Shown here: in pieces, positions 13,531-25,300 of the stretch | How the letters are laid out: each line of letters begins with the position of its first letter | Position numbering within the stretch: position 1 is the first letter of the stretch | Source of the DNA: Selaginella moellendorffii | Taxonomy: Eukaryota > Plantae > Lycopodiophyta | Direction of reading: 5' to 3' | NCBI RefSeq assembly: GCF_000143415.4 | Contig: NW_003314338.1 | Location: forward strand, 1-64,000 | DNA: 64,000 nt | The notes under the pieces: model-generated | The model's database searches: none | What the model saw: only the letters and a program-made list of their open reading frames with translations | What the model was told of the DNA's origin: nothing | Translations under genes and position numbers: made by a program

Positions 13531-15322
13531 TGTAAGCGACTAATTTTTCCATTCTACTTTAGTCACTTAACCACACCTCCGACCACTTGGAGGAGTCTCA
13601 TTCACAACCTCCATAAGTCCCATTCAGGACATGGGGCTTGCTAGCCTCGAGAATGGCATCCATGCCACTCAACCTTTGCACTTGGTCCAAGTGCTCCACG
13701 TGTCCGATCCCATGACCGACACCCAAAGGTACCACTGACATCTCGGCCCGTTACGCTAAGGCCATGCCCATTCACCTTTGCTGCGCAAATGGTCCAATAC
13801 CACTTGCATCACCATCCCGTCTCTCCAAGACTGGGTCATCTGTCTACGAGGGGTCATCCTAGATCCACTCCTTAGCATCCTTAGGATGCCCACAGACCTG
13901 GGGAATCGCCTTCCCCAAAGTCCTTTTGTCAGTTCCGACCAAGTCCCTTTCTGCCCCTGGCCGTGTTTGCCAACACTGCCACTGGATCGAGGCCCACAGG
14001 CCCGACCACTAAGTCCCACGGTCCTCTGGGACTTCCTCACCACACGACTGTGTCCTTGGTCACTACCCCAGAGGACTGCTCCTCTTCCTTTCCACAGTCT
14101 GGGCCTTTGGGACGACATTTCGGAACACCGTGGCCTTACGCGAGCCACCTGGGTACTCTCCCCACCTATCGCCTTTAGGTGCTCTAGCCATGGGCTTAGA
14201 GCGAGGTTCCGTTGAGCCACGCCTGGTATCCAAGTAGGTAGTGCCACCCACACTTGGACTTGGAGCATCGGCCAGTCGATCTCCCGGGGGAACTAGAGCT
14301 GGCTCTTGAACACTTCACCAAGCTACCCCGCTTGTCGGTCCGTATTCACTCTAGTCTTGGACTTCCCAGTGGTCAGTTTGTCACCCAACACTGGGTCTGG
14401 CCTTCCTGGGCCAAACTGGCTCCCCTGCAGTCCTCCCCCTTACTATACTTTTGGGGCTCACCAAACCCCCTAGGGTCTGGGAGACGAACGCTTTGGGCTT
14501 TCACCCTCTCAGGCGCCGGACTCGGACTCGGACTCGGACTCGGACTCGGACTCAGATTCGGACTCAGATTCGGACTCGGACTCGGGCTCGGGCTCGGTCT
14601 CGGCCTCGGCCTCGGTCTCGGTCTCGGTCCCGATCTCAGTCTCGGTCTCAGTCTCGGTCCCGGTCTCGGTCCCGGTCTCGGTCTCGACTTCGGACTCCAT
14701 CTCGGACTCCATCTCGGACTCCATCTCGGGTCCATCTCGGACTCCATCTCGGGTCCATCTCGGACTCCATCTCGGACTCCATCTCGGACTCCATTTCGGG
14801 TCCATCTCGGGTCCACCTCGGACTCCATCTCGGACTCCATCTCGGACACCATCTCGGGTCCATCTCGGACTCCACTTCGGACTCCAACTCGGGTCCATCT
14901 CGGGTCCACCTCGGACTCCATCTCGGACTCCATCTCGGACTCCACTTCGGACTCCAACTCGGGTCCATCTCGGGTCCACCTCGGACTCCACTTCGGACTC
15001 CAACTCGGGTCCATCTCGGACTCCACTTCGGACTCCAACTCGAGTCCATCTCGGACTCCACTTCGGACTCCAACTCGAGTCCATCTCGGACACTCCCACG
15101 TGTCATGTGTTGGTCCTTTTGGGTCCCTTTTTGGAGCCTCGCCTTTTGCTCGCTTCGTGCTCGTTCCTCGAGCACTTCGTTGGGAGTTCCACTCCCGCTC
15201 TTGACTTTTCAAGTCGGAGCTTTTGGTCCAAACGTGTTACGCTCGTTTGGCTCTCGCTTCGGCCACTACCATGTGGCGCCCTTCCGGCTCCACTTTGGGG
15301 CCTAGGGATTTTGTGTCTCACA
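13531..15322 (-). mobile_element. Family-A solo LTR nested in inverted orientation
   Basis: TGTAAGCG...TCTCACA termini with a perfect TAGGG TSD (13526-13530 / 15323-15327). Confidence 0.92.
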
Positions 15323-16707
15323 TAGGGGGAGGACTGCAGTGGAGCCAGTTTGGCCAGGAAAGGCCAGTTTGGCCTAGGAAGGCCAGACCCAATGTTGGGT
15401 GATGAACTGACCACTGGGAAGTCCAAGACTAGAGTGAATACAGACCGACAAGCGGGGTAGCTTGGTGAAGTGTTCAAGAGCCGACTCTAGTTCCCCCGGG
15501 AGATCAACTGGCCGATGCTCCCAGTCCAAGTGTGGGTGGCACTACCTACTTGGATACCAGGCGTGGCTCAACGGAACCTCGCTCTAAGCCCATGGCTAGA
15601 GCACCTAAAGGCGAAAGGCGGGGAGAGTACCCAGCTGGCTCGCGTAAGGCCACGGTGTTCCGAAATGTTGTCCCATAGGCCTACACTGTGGAAAGGAAGA
15701 GGAGCAGTCCTCTGGGTAGTGACCAAGGACACAGTCGTGTGGTGAGGAAGTCCCAGAGGACCATGGGACTTAGGGGTCGGGCCTGTGGGCCTCGATCCAA
15801 TGGCAGTGTTGGCAAACACAGCCAGGGGCAGAAAGGGACTTGGTAGGAACTGACAAAGGGACTTTGGAGAAGGCAATTCCCCAGGTCTGTGGGCATCCTA
15901 AGGATGCTAAGGAGTGGATCTAGGATGACCGCTCGTGGACAGATGGCCCAGTCTTGGAGAGACGGGATTGTGATACAAGTGGTATTGGACCACTAGTGCA
16001 GCAAAGGTGAATGGGCATAAGCTCTATTTCGTTAAAGTGGGATTTATTCAGTAAAATGGGACTAGGTACAAATTTTCAAGTATTTGAAAATGACGTGAAA
16101 TTATATGTTTTTTGTCCAGGGGCTAGACATATCTGGGGCATGGTGACTAGCGCGGTGACTTTGTGTCCAGACTGAGTCCATCTGGTTGTATAAAAAATCT
16201 CATTGTCAAGGTGAACAAGCCGAATCTGAAGCTAAAGAAGAGCGATGGCATGCGCGCACACACTATTTGTTTGTTCATTGAGCGTGTGGTGAGCTTTCCA
16301 AGATGAACGTCATTCCTATTAGCCAGACATATAACTTAATGGTGAGAACATTTAGATATTATTCAATGTTATCTTTTTCTAACGAATCTAATTGTGAAGG
16401 TGTAGCAAGAGGCATTGCTAGTCTGGAGAAGTCATTTAACTCATTTGACCCTTAGTGTATTTTCATGAAACTAAATAACATTCATATTATTAAGGAATTT
16501 CTCTAGTACCTTTTTTTTACGACATAGAGGCTTGCATTTCTTTCAAAGGTGATTTAGTAAAAGGCCTGAGGGCACATGCCATTCTATTTCTCAGACCGGT
16601 ATTAAGATATACTAGTGCAAAGGGCCACATGCCATCACGCCTCCTCTGATTCAGATTCGGATTGTTCACCTTGAAATAAAATACATTAGAAACTTAGTAA
16701 AGGAATA

Positions 16708-19700
16708 TTAATGAATCTCACCTTGAACCCGGGTTATGAATGCTCTTGCTGCATCTCTTGCATGGCCTGGCAAGGTGATGGTGGCACTCTGCTTCCGCAT
16801 CCAACCATGCACAACATTATCCACCGATATGCTCATGCTGGGATCCCTTGGATTCAGCACCCATCTCTTTTCTAGGCAATCCTTCGTATATCCGGAACTT
16901 GGCTTGAACCACTCCACAGTTACATTGAAGGAGTTAGTTTCCGCGTCCTCCTCTGCATCAGTGATGCAGCGCCCTACCCATATCATTTGTTTTTTATTAC
17001 TGGGTTTGACAAGCACGACCATTCCTTTGCAGACCTGTACTGGATTGAATGCTGAATCCGGCTTCTTGTTCCTCGGCCCACAATAGTGATCCTCAACATC
17101 GTTATCTGTCACTGCATTTCCAGAGGACATTATTCCGCTACTATCTGGTGCTCTGGGTTCTAGCCAAAAGGACTCTTCCAATTCTTCATATACAACCGGC
17201 CCATTTTGGATAGCAGATATAATCTTCTCCCAGTATTCGAGCAAAGGCTTGCACCTCTTAAAATAGGATTCTCCACCAAACACCAACCCCCTCTTCCAGA
17301 AGGCAATATGCTGTCTAATCCCGGCCACTATACTTTCCTGGTCTTTGAGTCCATCCGGGTGCATCGGCCGTGGGGAACCCTGAGGAATCATAGGTTCCCC
17401 AATTATGGGATCTCTTTTGAAGAGTTCAATGCCATCCACTGGCAGCCACACTGTGTCCCATTCTCTCATCTTGTACCTCATCACTGGAGCACCGTCACGC
17501 ATGCTGAAATGAAACTGAAGAGGCTTGGAGTGGCCAATCAGCGTTTCGGATCCGTCCCTGATGTAGCCTCTTACAAACCCCTTAAAGTCTGGAACCTCTG
17601 TCACAAGTGCAGCTTCAACAGTGCCTTTGATGCAATTTTGGAATTCATCGTAGAGTTGTGGGAGGGTGAGGACATTGGATCGCCGGAGGGACTCTGCCAG
17701 GTGACTGAACATGGCATCGACGTCTTCATGAGTGTGCCCAACCATGAGAAAGCCAAGTGTAACCGTTTCAAATATGCCTTTGGCAACAAGCATCGCCAAG
17801 TACGCGAAGACGTACATGTTTTTGTTCTCACTGCCAGCATTGTCTGTTTGGAGCAGAAGATGGGGTGGAAGGCCACATCGGCCGCAAGAACTTCCTTGAG
17901 ATTCTGCTTCGTTTGGATGAGGCTGTGCATTCACCGGGCGACCAGCCTCGTCGTAATGGCATGAGGCCTCACGTGATAACCCTACAATCTGACGGCCAAC
18001 ATATTCACTAGGATGGCATGGGGGCCCACGCGATACTGCAAGCCTTTGCTCCTCCTCCAGCTGAACCCTGTATGGGGTTCGATCGACAAGGGCCTTATGC
18101 AAGGGTTGGCCGTTCAGCTCAGTCTGCGCACTTTGCAGAGACCTTAAGTGTTTTGCTAAGGACGCAATCATCATGTTTGCACCCCCGCCACCCCATAGAG
18201 GCACAAAGAAGTTCCCATAGTTCTGGGCACCATGCCCATGAGCGATTATGCCAAACAGAGACACAGGCAGCTGCATGGATGAAGAGATTGCCTTGGGGGC
18301 AGGATTGAGTCGAAGTAAGCACGTCTTTTTCTGATCCATTTTGTCGTGGATGATGCAGAGGTAAGAGTCAGGTCTCTCCATGGAGAGAATCCTGTTATGA
18401 TAATATGCAGTCCTGCAGCTTCTCTGCTCGATGTTGTGGTCGAGCCGCCTTCTAACCAACGTCTCTCGCTCTTGAGCGCTGCAAGAATTCTTCGACAAAG
18501 CCATTTTGATAGCAGTGCACTCGTCACACTTTGAAAAGCTGGAGTACTTTCCTATACTCACATCCCTGAACCTGTTGCTCCACAATCTACTAAATCTAGA
18601 TTGGCTCAGCTTCCTGTAGCCATTACTCTGGAGTTCCCGATTCACATCTTCCAATATGGCCCCCTTGGTATACATGGAAGGGAGAACTCGTTGGGTGTCT
18701 CGTGTTCCATCTTCCAAGAGGCGGGTTTTATGTGGTTGCTGCTCGCTACATGTCTCGACAAACCTCTTGAAGATTGCCTCTCCATATACAACATGACCCC
18801 TGGTTTTGTGCGTACCGTCGTTCCCATGGACTGCCTGTTGAACCCTTTGTTCCTCGAACTCAGTTTTGATTCTGTAGAATGTGGTTCGAGGGACTCCATA
18901 AATGATTCTCCATGCCTTCATGCAGACCAAACCCCTCTGGAAGACCATGCCCCCCACCTGATGTTCTGAAGCATCAACAGATGACCGTAATGCCTCATAC
19001 ACAAAATTGCGAGCTGCCTTCCAGGACAATGTCTTGTATCTTGCTCTCTCCTCTTCAATAGCATCCCAATCAGCATGTTGACAGCACCTCCTCTTGCAAC
19101 AAGCAACTGTCGAGACCATTCGAACCTCCATCGCCATTTTCTGCCTTTTCGGTTCGTTGCTCAGATCCCTTTGGCTGCGCTGTAGGAAGGTGTACTTTCT
19201 TTTCCCATGAAGAGATGTTCTGTCATCAGTTGTAGTGGTGTTTGATTGTGAATCCTTCACATTCTCAAACACTAAATGCCTCAATTTCCACCGCACAATG
19301 CTTCCAATAGTCAGACTGTTTTCTTCTGTGTCAACAACCTCTAAAATTGCAACTCCAATATCATCCCAGCCCAATTCTTGATTAGCAACCGCATCTCTTG
19401 GATCGACAACTGTGGCTAAGCCCTCAGCTACCACCTCCCCCTCGGGGTTGTTTAGAAACACCTTTGCCTGAATCCATGTAGCACGGTTCTTAAGATCCAC
19501 GGAGGGAACATGCGTCGCACTTGCGCTGTCCCCAACATCTGCTTTCTTCTGCAGATTTTTCAAGGCAACAACAACATTTACCCCGACGACCATCTCTCCT
19601 CGTTCAATAGCGACCACATTCCCATCGAAGACAGTCTCTACTGATACAGCAGCATTGCCTTCCCCAAGCCTTTGACAGTGTATAACAAAGTTCCGATCCA

Positions 19701-19776
19701 TAGACACAAGGGTCCCTTTTGCAACTCTCTTCCCACCATTCAAAATGTAAACCTTTTCCCCAACCCTGAAGGCCAT
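16708..19776 (-). CDS. Intact 1022-aa transposase (Sola-like DDD type)
   Basis: Motifs FSKCDEC..IK, IIHDKMDQKKT, LLLQTDNAGSENKN and FLMVGHTHEDVDAMFS; located inside the TIRs with a 4-bp TSD. Confidence 0.8.
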   Translation of the reverse strand: MAFRVGEKVYILNGGKRVAKGTLVSMDRNFVIHCQRLGEGNAAVSVETVFDGNVVAIERGEMVVGVNVVVALKNLQKKADVGDSASATHVPSVDLKNRATWIQAKVFLNNPEGEVVAEGLATVVDPRDAVANQELGWDDIGVAILEVVDTEENSLTIGSIVRWKLRHLVFENVKDSQSNTTTTDDRTSLHGKRKYTFLQRSQRDLSNEPKRQKMAMEVRMVSTVACCKRRCCQHADWDAIEEERARYKTLSWKAARNFVYEALRSSVDASEHQVGGMVFQRGLVCMKAWRIIYGVPRTTFYRIKTEFEEQRVQQAVHGNDGTHKTRGHVVYGEAIFKRFVETCSEQQPHKTRLLEDGTRDTQRVLPSMYTKGAILEDVNRELQSNGYRKLSQSRFSRLWSNRFRDVSIGKYSSFSKCDECTAIKMALSKNSCSAQERETLVRRRLDHNIEQRSCRTAYYHNRILSMERPDSYLCIIHDKMDQKKTCLLRLNPAPKAISSSMQLPVSLFGIIAHGHGAQNYGNFFVPLWGGGGANMMIASLAKHLRSLQSAQTELNGQPLHKALVDRTPYRVQLEEEQRLAVSRGPPCHPSEYVGRQIVGLSREASCHYDEAGRPVNAQPHPNEAESQGSSCGRCGLPPHLLLQTDNAGSENKNMYVFAYLAMLVAKGIFETVTLGFLMVGHTHEDVDAMFSHLAESLRRSNVLTLPQLYDEFQNCIKGTVEAALVTEVPDFKGFVRGYIRDGSETLIGHSKPLQFHFSMRDGAPVMRYKMREWDTVWLPVDGIELFKRDPIIGEPMIPQGSPRPMHPDGLKDQESIVAGIRQHIAFWKRGLVFGGESYFKRCKPLLEYWEKIISAIQNGPVVYEELEESFWLEPRAPDSSGIMSSGNAVTDNDVEDHYCGPRNKKPDSAFNPVQVCKGMVVLVKPSNKKQMIWVGRCITDAEEDAETNSFNVTVEWFKPSSGYTKDCLEKRWVLNPRDPSMSISVDNVVHGWMRKQSATITLPGHARDAARAFITRVQGEIH

Positions 19777-21007
19777 TCTGAAAGTGCAGAAAAGAAGTTA
19801 AAACCATACAAAAAATGATTGGAGAATGGCCTAAATCATAACATACCAAATAGCATGAGGCCACATGCCATTATTCAAACATGCTATTGACACCCACGTG
19901 AAATTTTGCATTCACTAAATTGGCATGAGTCTTCATACCATTAGTGGTACCACTAATGGCATGAGGCCTCACGCTATCTTTGGCCCCTGCTAGCCTGTTG
20001 CTATATTCCTTTTGCATTGCTACAACTGTATATATTTTTGTGTGGCATCATGATAATTGGTATGCCACGATTAAGACCATTCCCCACTCATTTTCTGTAT
20101 GACTTGAACTTCCTTTCGGCACTTTCAGAATGGTCTTAAGGGTTGGGGAAAAGGTTTACATTTTGAATGGTGGGAAGAGAGTTGCCACAGGGACCGCTGC
20201 GACCACTGGTAGACGACTAAGCCACAGCTCACAACGCCGCTGACACAGGCAGCGCTCACTGCTCTCAGCGGAACCGATAACACGGCGCACAAAAATGATA
20301 GACCTAGGAATGAGTTCGAGAATTCAAAAATAACACACGCTTGAACGTCACATCAAATCCTCTGACAAACCAGATCTTATGATTCCTCTGACAAATTTCA
20401 AACTGAGTAGCTTCTAGACTTTGCTGTCGGAGGTTGAACTTTGTCACATCATGTCCTTGCCTCGATCCAGCTGTGCCATGTCAGTGATTCGAACTTTGCC
20501 ATGCCATGTCAGCGATCCGCGCCAAGATTATTCGCCGTGTAAAGGAATAATTATGCTGTGTGTGTACGTCCATTTATGGCAATATAAGGCCACACGCCAT
20601 TCAAAGAATAATGCTAGTCGAGCATTTTTTGGTGCATTTTTGGGTTCAAAATTGCATGAGCCCACACGCTATAAAGTTTACCTGTACCAAAAATAGAAAC
20701 AGCTTTATTTACTTGGGAATTTAAGTGGTTGAGGCATTTTTAAACTTACAAACACATGCCCTACTTACATTCATTTGGTTGCTTAAAATTCAAAAATATT
20801 ATAAACCTTTCTTTTTGCATTTTCAATGTTTTCAATTATGGTTTTTCATTTTCGCAGGACCAGCCTAGTAATCTATTTGCATCCCGTCATGTTTATAGCT
20901 AGCTTTCGTTTGTCCCCTTCGCTGGCCTGAGATACATCTGCTCGGAATTTGCCTCTTACAGCATTTGCCCAGAAAGGGCATCTTTCTTCACGCAGCATTT
21001 GCCACAT

Positions 21008-21040
21008 GTTTAGGGTTAGGGTTTAGGGTTTAGGGTTTAG
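21008..21040 (+). repeat. Telomere-like TTTAGGG tract inside the transposon
   Basis: GTTTAGGGTTAGGGTTTAGGGTTTAGGGTTTAG is directly visible. Confidence 0.75.
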
Positions 21041-21944
21041 CAATTCAGTAGCTTGATAAACAAGCAAATACAGAACTTGATGCAAAATCCTTTGATATGT
21101 CACAATGCCCCTAGGACCATAAACACATTTCAATAGAGAGGGTCCTTTCATTTCATAACTCCTTACGTAGATCTTGGTGAAACCAGAGTTAGTGAAGTTG
21201 GTTTCTTGTGATCCCGCATCTGATTGTGATGTCCCTTTGCAGTGTCGATGGAAAGGTCAATGCACAACAAACTGTAGAATCTTGGAGCAAAATAACGGTC
21301 GGATCTATGGCAAATGCCCCTGAAACATTGTAAGGCTCGTGTGGTCTCATGTGGTGTCCGATCGAGATGCTTCTTTGCAGGGTCATCAAGAAGGACATTG
21401 TATACCATTCTGTAAAATCTAGTTGCGATCTAACGGTTGGATCTCCAGGAAACTCAAAACAATCTCGCGCGTGTCAGAATATTCTAGGAATATACTCCTA
21501 TGTGCTCCTGAAAATGGCATGCGGCCCCACGCCATTCAAGAGATAACGCCAGATGACGCCGAGCATTTTTTGGTGCATTTTTTGGGATCAAAATTGCATG
21601 AGCCCACATGCTTGAACGTCACATCAAATCCTCTGACAATTTATTTAGCTGAACATCTGGCATTTTTGGAAATACAAGATGCTTTGGAATATCCAATCAT
21701 GCATGGTATAAATATAGCGAGGGTATTAAATGATATCCCAATCATGATCTTTCTTTTGGATTTCGCGTGCATGCAGTCCGAGGAATGATGACGTTGCGGA
21801 TTTCTTTTGGATTTCACGCATGCGCGCGCCGATCCAGAAATTAATGGTGGCGCCCAAGTCCGAGAAATGATGACGTGGCGGGATTACCAACCGTCGTGAC
21901 ATTTCGCGCGTGTGAGGTTAGGTTTTGCATTTTGCTTCGTACTT

Positions 21945-22110
21945 GCGCTCGCACACTCGCGCTCGCATCGCGCTCCCACTCGCGCTCGCATCGCGCTCCC
22001 ACTCGCGCTCGCATCGCGCTCCCACTCGCGCTCCCACTTCTCTACAGGTTTCTCGTGTGCATCGGCGTCCACTCGCGCTCGCATCGCGCTCGTGTGCATC
22101 GGCGTCCACT
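21945..22110. repeat. CpG-rich ~23-bp tandem repeats (CACTCGCGCTCGCATCGCGCTCC) upstream of the cargo gene
   Basis: About five visible units. Confidence 0.8.
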
Positions 22111-22311
22111 TCAAGACACACCCAGTTTGTAACTTCGCCGCCAACTCCGCCGCCCACTCCGCCACCCACACGCAGCCCACTTGGCGTCCCGGGAGATTTC
22201 AGCGCCACTCTCCAACTGTAAGTGGCAGAGTAGCCTTGCTGCTACAATCCGCTGCACACACAGTGCACATTCGCCAGCGAGTCCGGTTGTCACGCCTCCA
22301 TTCGGCTTCAA

Positions 22312-25300
22312 ATGGTAAGTCTTTTAGGCCAAGTAGAAAATGGCATGAGGCCACATGCCATTCAGTAGCAACATTGGCATGCACCGATTGGGCTTTCGAG
22401 TGCAGTCCGGTTACAGATGGCGTGTAGCCTCACGCCATCTTAGGATGCAGCCTCAAGACATCTGATGCAGTGGTGAATGGCGTGTGGCCTCACGTTATTT
22501 CCAGCTACTAGCTTTTCATCTGTCAGCTCTAATTGTTGTGCATTTCTGAACAGGCGAGGAATTGCGTTCTTCTTCCAGCCACTATCAATGTGGATGCAGA
22601 GAAGGGGGAGGAGCTCACCAGTTGGACTTTCGGGATAGAAGGCGAGGATCTGAGGCTGTACAACACAGATGGTGGGAGAAAAGAATGCATGGGGATCCTC
22701 ATCCAAGTGACAGACACTCCATGCAGTTCCATGCAAGAATATGGACTGGCACTTGTGGTAGAGACAGCGTCTGCCTTCAAGATCCACCTTGCACATCCTA
22801 GCGGCTTCCCGGAGGGGGGCAGCGGCTATGAGGAATTCCTAGAGGGAGCTAGGGAGAGGTTGTCCAGGAGGCCCACAATTTCAAAGACGCTGCGGGTCTA
22901 TGAAGATCACATGGAATCCACAGACCTCACCTACGGCGATGTTCAAAAACTATATTCCAACATTGAGCCGTTGAGAGTGACTCCAGTTCGCGAAGCAAAG
23001 GGGAAGGGGGTCGATCTGGAAACTACCTCAAAGCAGAAAAGGGTGGTCAAGCTCAAGCCGACGTCCGACTCTCCTGCTCCAAAAAAGAAGCTACTCAGTG
23101 ATGCCATTGCCTCGGGTTCGAACACTACACCCACCAAAAAGAAGAGCCGCAAAGAGCAGAAAGAGCAAGAAGAGGCAGCAAAAATCGTCGCAGATAATAG
23201 TACTTGTTACTATTCCAACAATGTATATACAATGGACGTGAGCCGTATCGACATCCAAAGCAAATACAACCACAGGCTAGTATCTGATGAGTGGGTGGAG
23301 AAACTGAAGCAGAAGATGCTGGCAAGTCCAGTAACACCCGACATCGCAGACGTGATCCCCTACTACCGAACAATGAAGGGCGAGACGAGGTTTCCAGACT
23401 TGATCAATAGGAAGGTGTTGGACGATCAGAACATCCGGTTCTATGCCGTCTCCGGGCAGCATTCTAGCTTGGCGATGCAAGAGATAGTTGTGGATATTAT
23501 GGTGGGCGAGGAGGTGAAGAAAGTCTTCAAGACAAGAGTTGTCCGCCTGATAAAAGGCAACTCGCCCCTCCGATCTATCATATACATCTCCCACGCGCAG
23601 AATGTCAAGCAAGAAACGTGCTACAAATCGGGTCTGCACGAGACATTGGCACGAACACGGAAGCTCTGGGTTCAACTGAAGAAGCCACAAAAACCAGGAC
23701 AAGGACGTGCACTAGCAACTAGCGCCTGGCAGGTAAGCCTCGTTGCATGTGGCATAGCATGTGGCCTCACGCCATTTCCATTGCAGGAATTCTCGAGTCT
23801 TCTCTCGAAAACACTGGGGGTCAATGACACACTCAGCATCCATAACATTCTACTCGCGACAAAAGTTGTTTTTGACAAATGGGTAGATGTGCTGAGGAGG
23901 TACCATGACGGGGAGTTGCCAAACTCAATGGGTGTGGAGGACGGCCGGAAGCCCAATGATTTGAAGCTCAACGCCTTGCGTTTCTCGCGGTCTCTAGACG
24001 ACGACGACCTTCTGACAGTGGCTAATGCTCTTCTACGTGGTGAGGTTGTCTTCAACAAGACCAAAATGACTCCCGGCCATATTGTGACATACGAGGACTT
24101 GTGCACGACTCTGAGAGCTCGTGCGCTATTGAAGGATTGGATCTTCGAGCAAGTGGCCGTGGAGAGGGTGAGCATCGACACCACGCAAGAGATGATGGAA
24201 GCGCTGGAGTTGTCAAATGAAGACATCGACGAGTACGTGAAGGGGGCCCCCAAGTTCATTGATCTGCTGCGGGATGCCACGAAAAGTAAAGCTGAGAAGT
24301 TGGATCAGTATCCAAATTTCATTAAGATTGATGTCGACCGCCGGCTTCAGAAACAGCTCGACCCCGCAGCAGAGGCCTATCGAGAACCTTACCGGGTATA
24401 CTTGAATTCGGATGAGGATCAAAGGTGGAGGAGCATCGTTTCCCGCGGAGATGAGCAGGTCAAGAACATCTTTTGTGTGATGGACTTCACAAACGAGGAG
24501 ATCACTCATGCAGACGAAGTCAGCTCCATCATTGACTTAATGGTGGGACTTGCGGAGGTGGAATCTTCAGTCCACTATATGATCTACGACTCCGAATCCT
24601 ATCACAAGTTCTGGAAGGCCTTGAACGAGGTGAAGGCTCGGTTGAAAGGCAAGGAGATGCGGGAGATCCATGGGATAATGGCTAAGAAGAAGATACCGAC
24701 GAATGTCCGCATCTTCACACTCGCCCTTGTTATTGGTCCTGCAGCAGAGTGGGACTGGAGTGACTTCCCAGCTTCGTTCGACAAGGCCAATCGAATTGAT
24801 CTGAGGGAGGTCAATTTACCCGTGCCTGAGGAACTGAAGATGGCTATGGAGCTTTCGAATCCAAAGAAAGCTCCAGGTGCAGCATGGGAAATGCTCAGCT
24901 GGGTCTTCAACGCAATAGCGGGTGGGTCATCTGCTTCCGACTCCAAGGGCAAATGCGTTGTCGAGTACAACTGCGGCGGACTATTCTTTCGAGCCGCACT
25001 ACTCAAGGGTGTCCCTTGTGTTGCGGTGACAAACTCCATTGAAGAGATGACTTCAATGGAGCATATAATTACAGTTGCCAAAGAAAAACAGTATCTTCTC
25101 TGCGAACCTGGTGAGTACACACTTTAAGTTTAAATGTTATCTCACAAGCTCTGTATGCAGGAGCGTGGCCACCCCCAGATGCTGAAACGGCGTTAACAGC
25201 TACTTTTGAAGATACCCATGTTGGGCCGAGCTCACAACCTGCACAAGGTAAGGTCACGTGAGGCCTCACGCCATTTTGATTATAGATCGTTGTGAATATT

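Noticed and set aside
12644-15305. Many ORFs resembling SR/RS-, ES- or LG-repeat proteins (also 40216-43166 and 48041-49659)
   Set aside because: They are stop-free 6/12-bp LTR repeats open in several frames on both strands, with frameshifts between copies.
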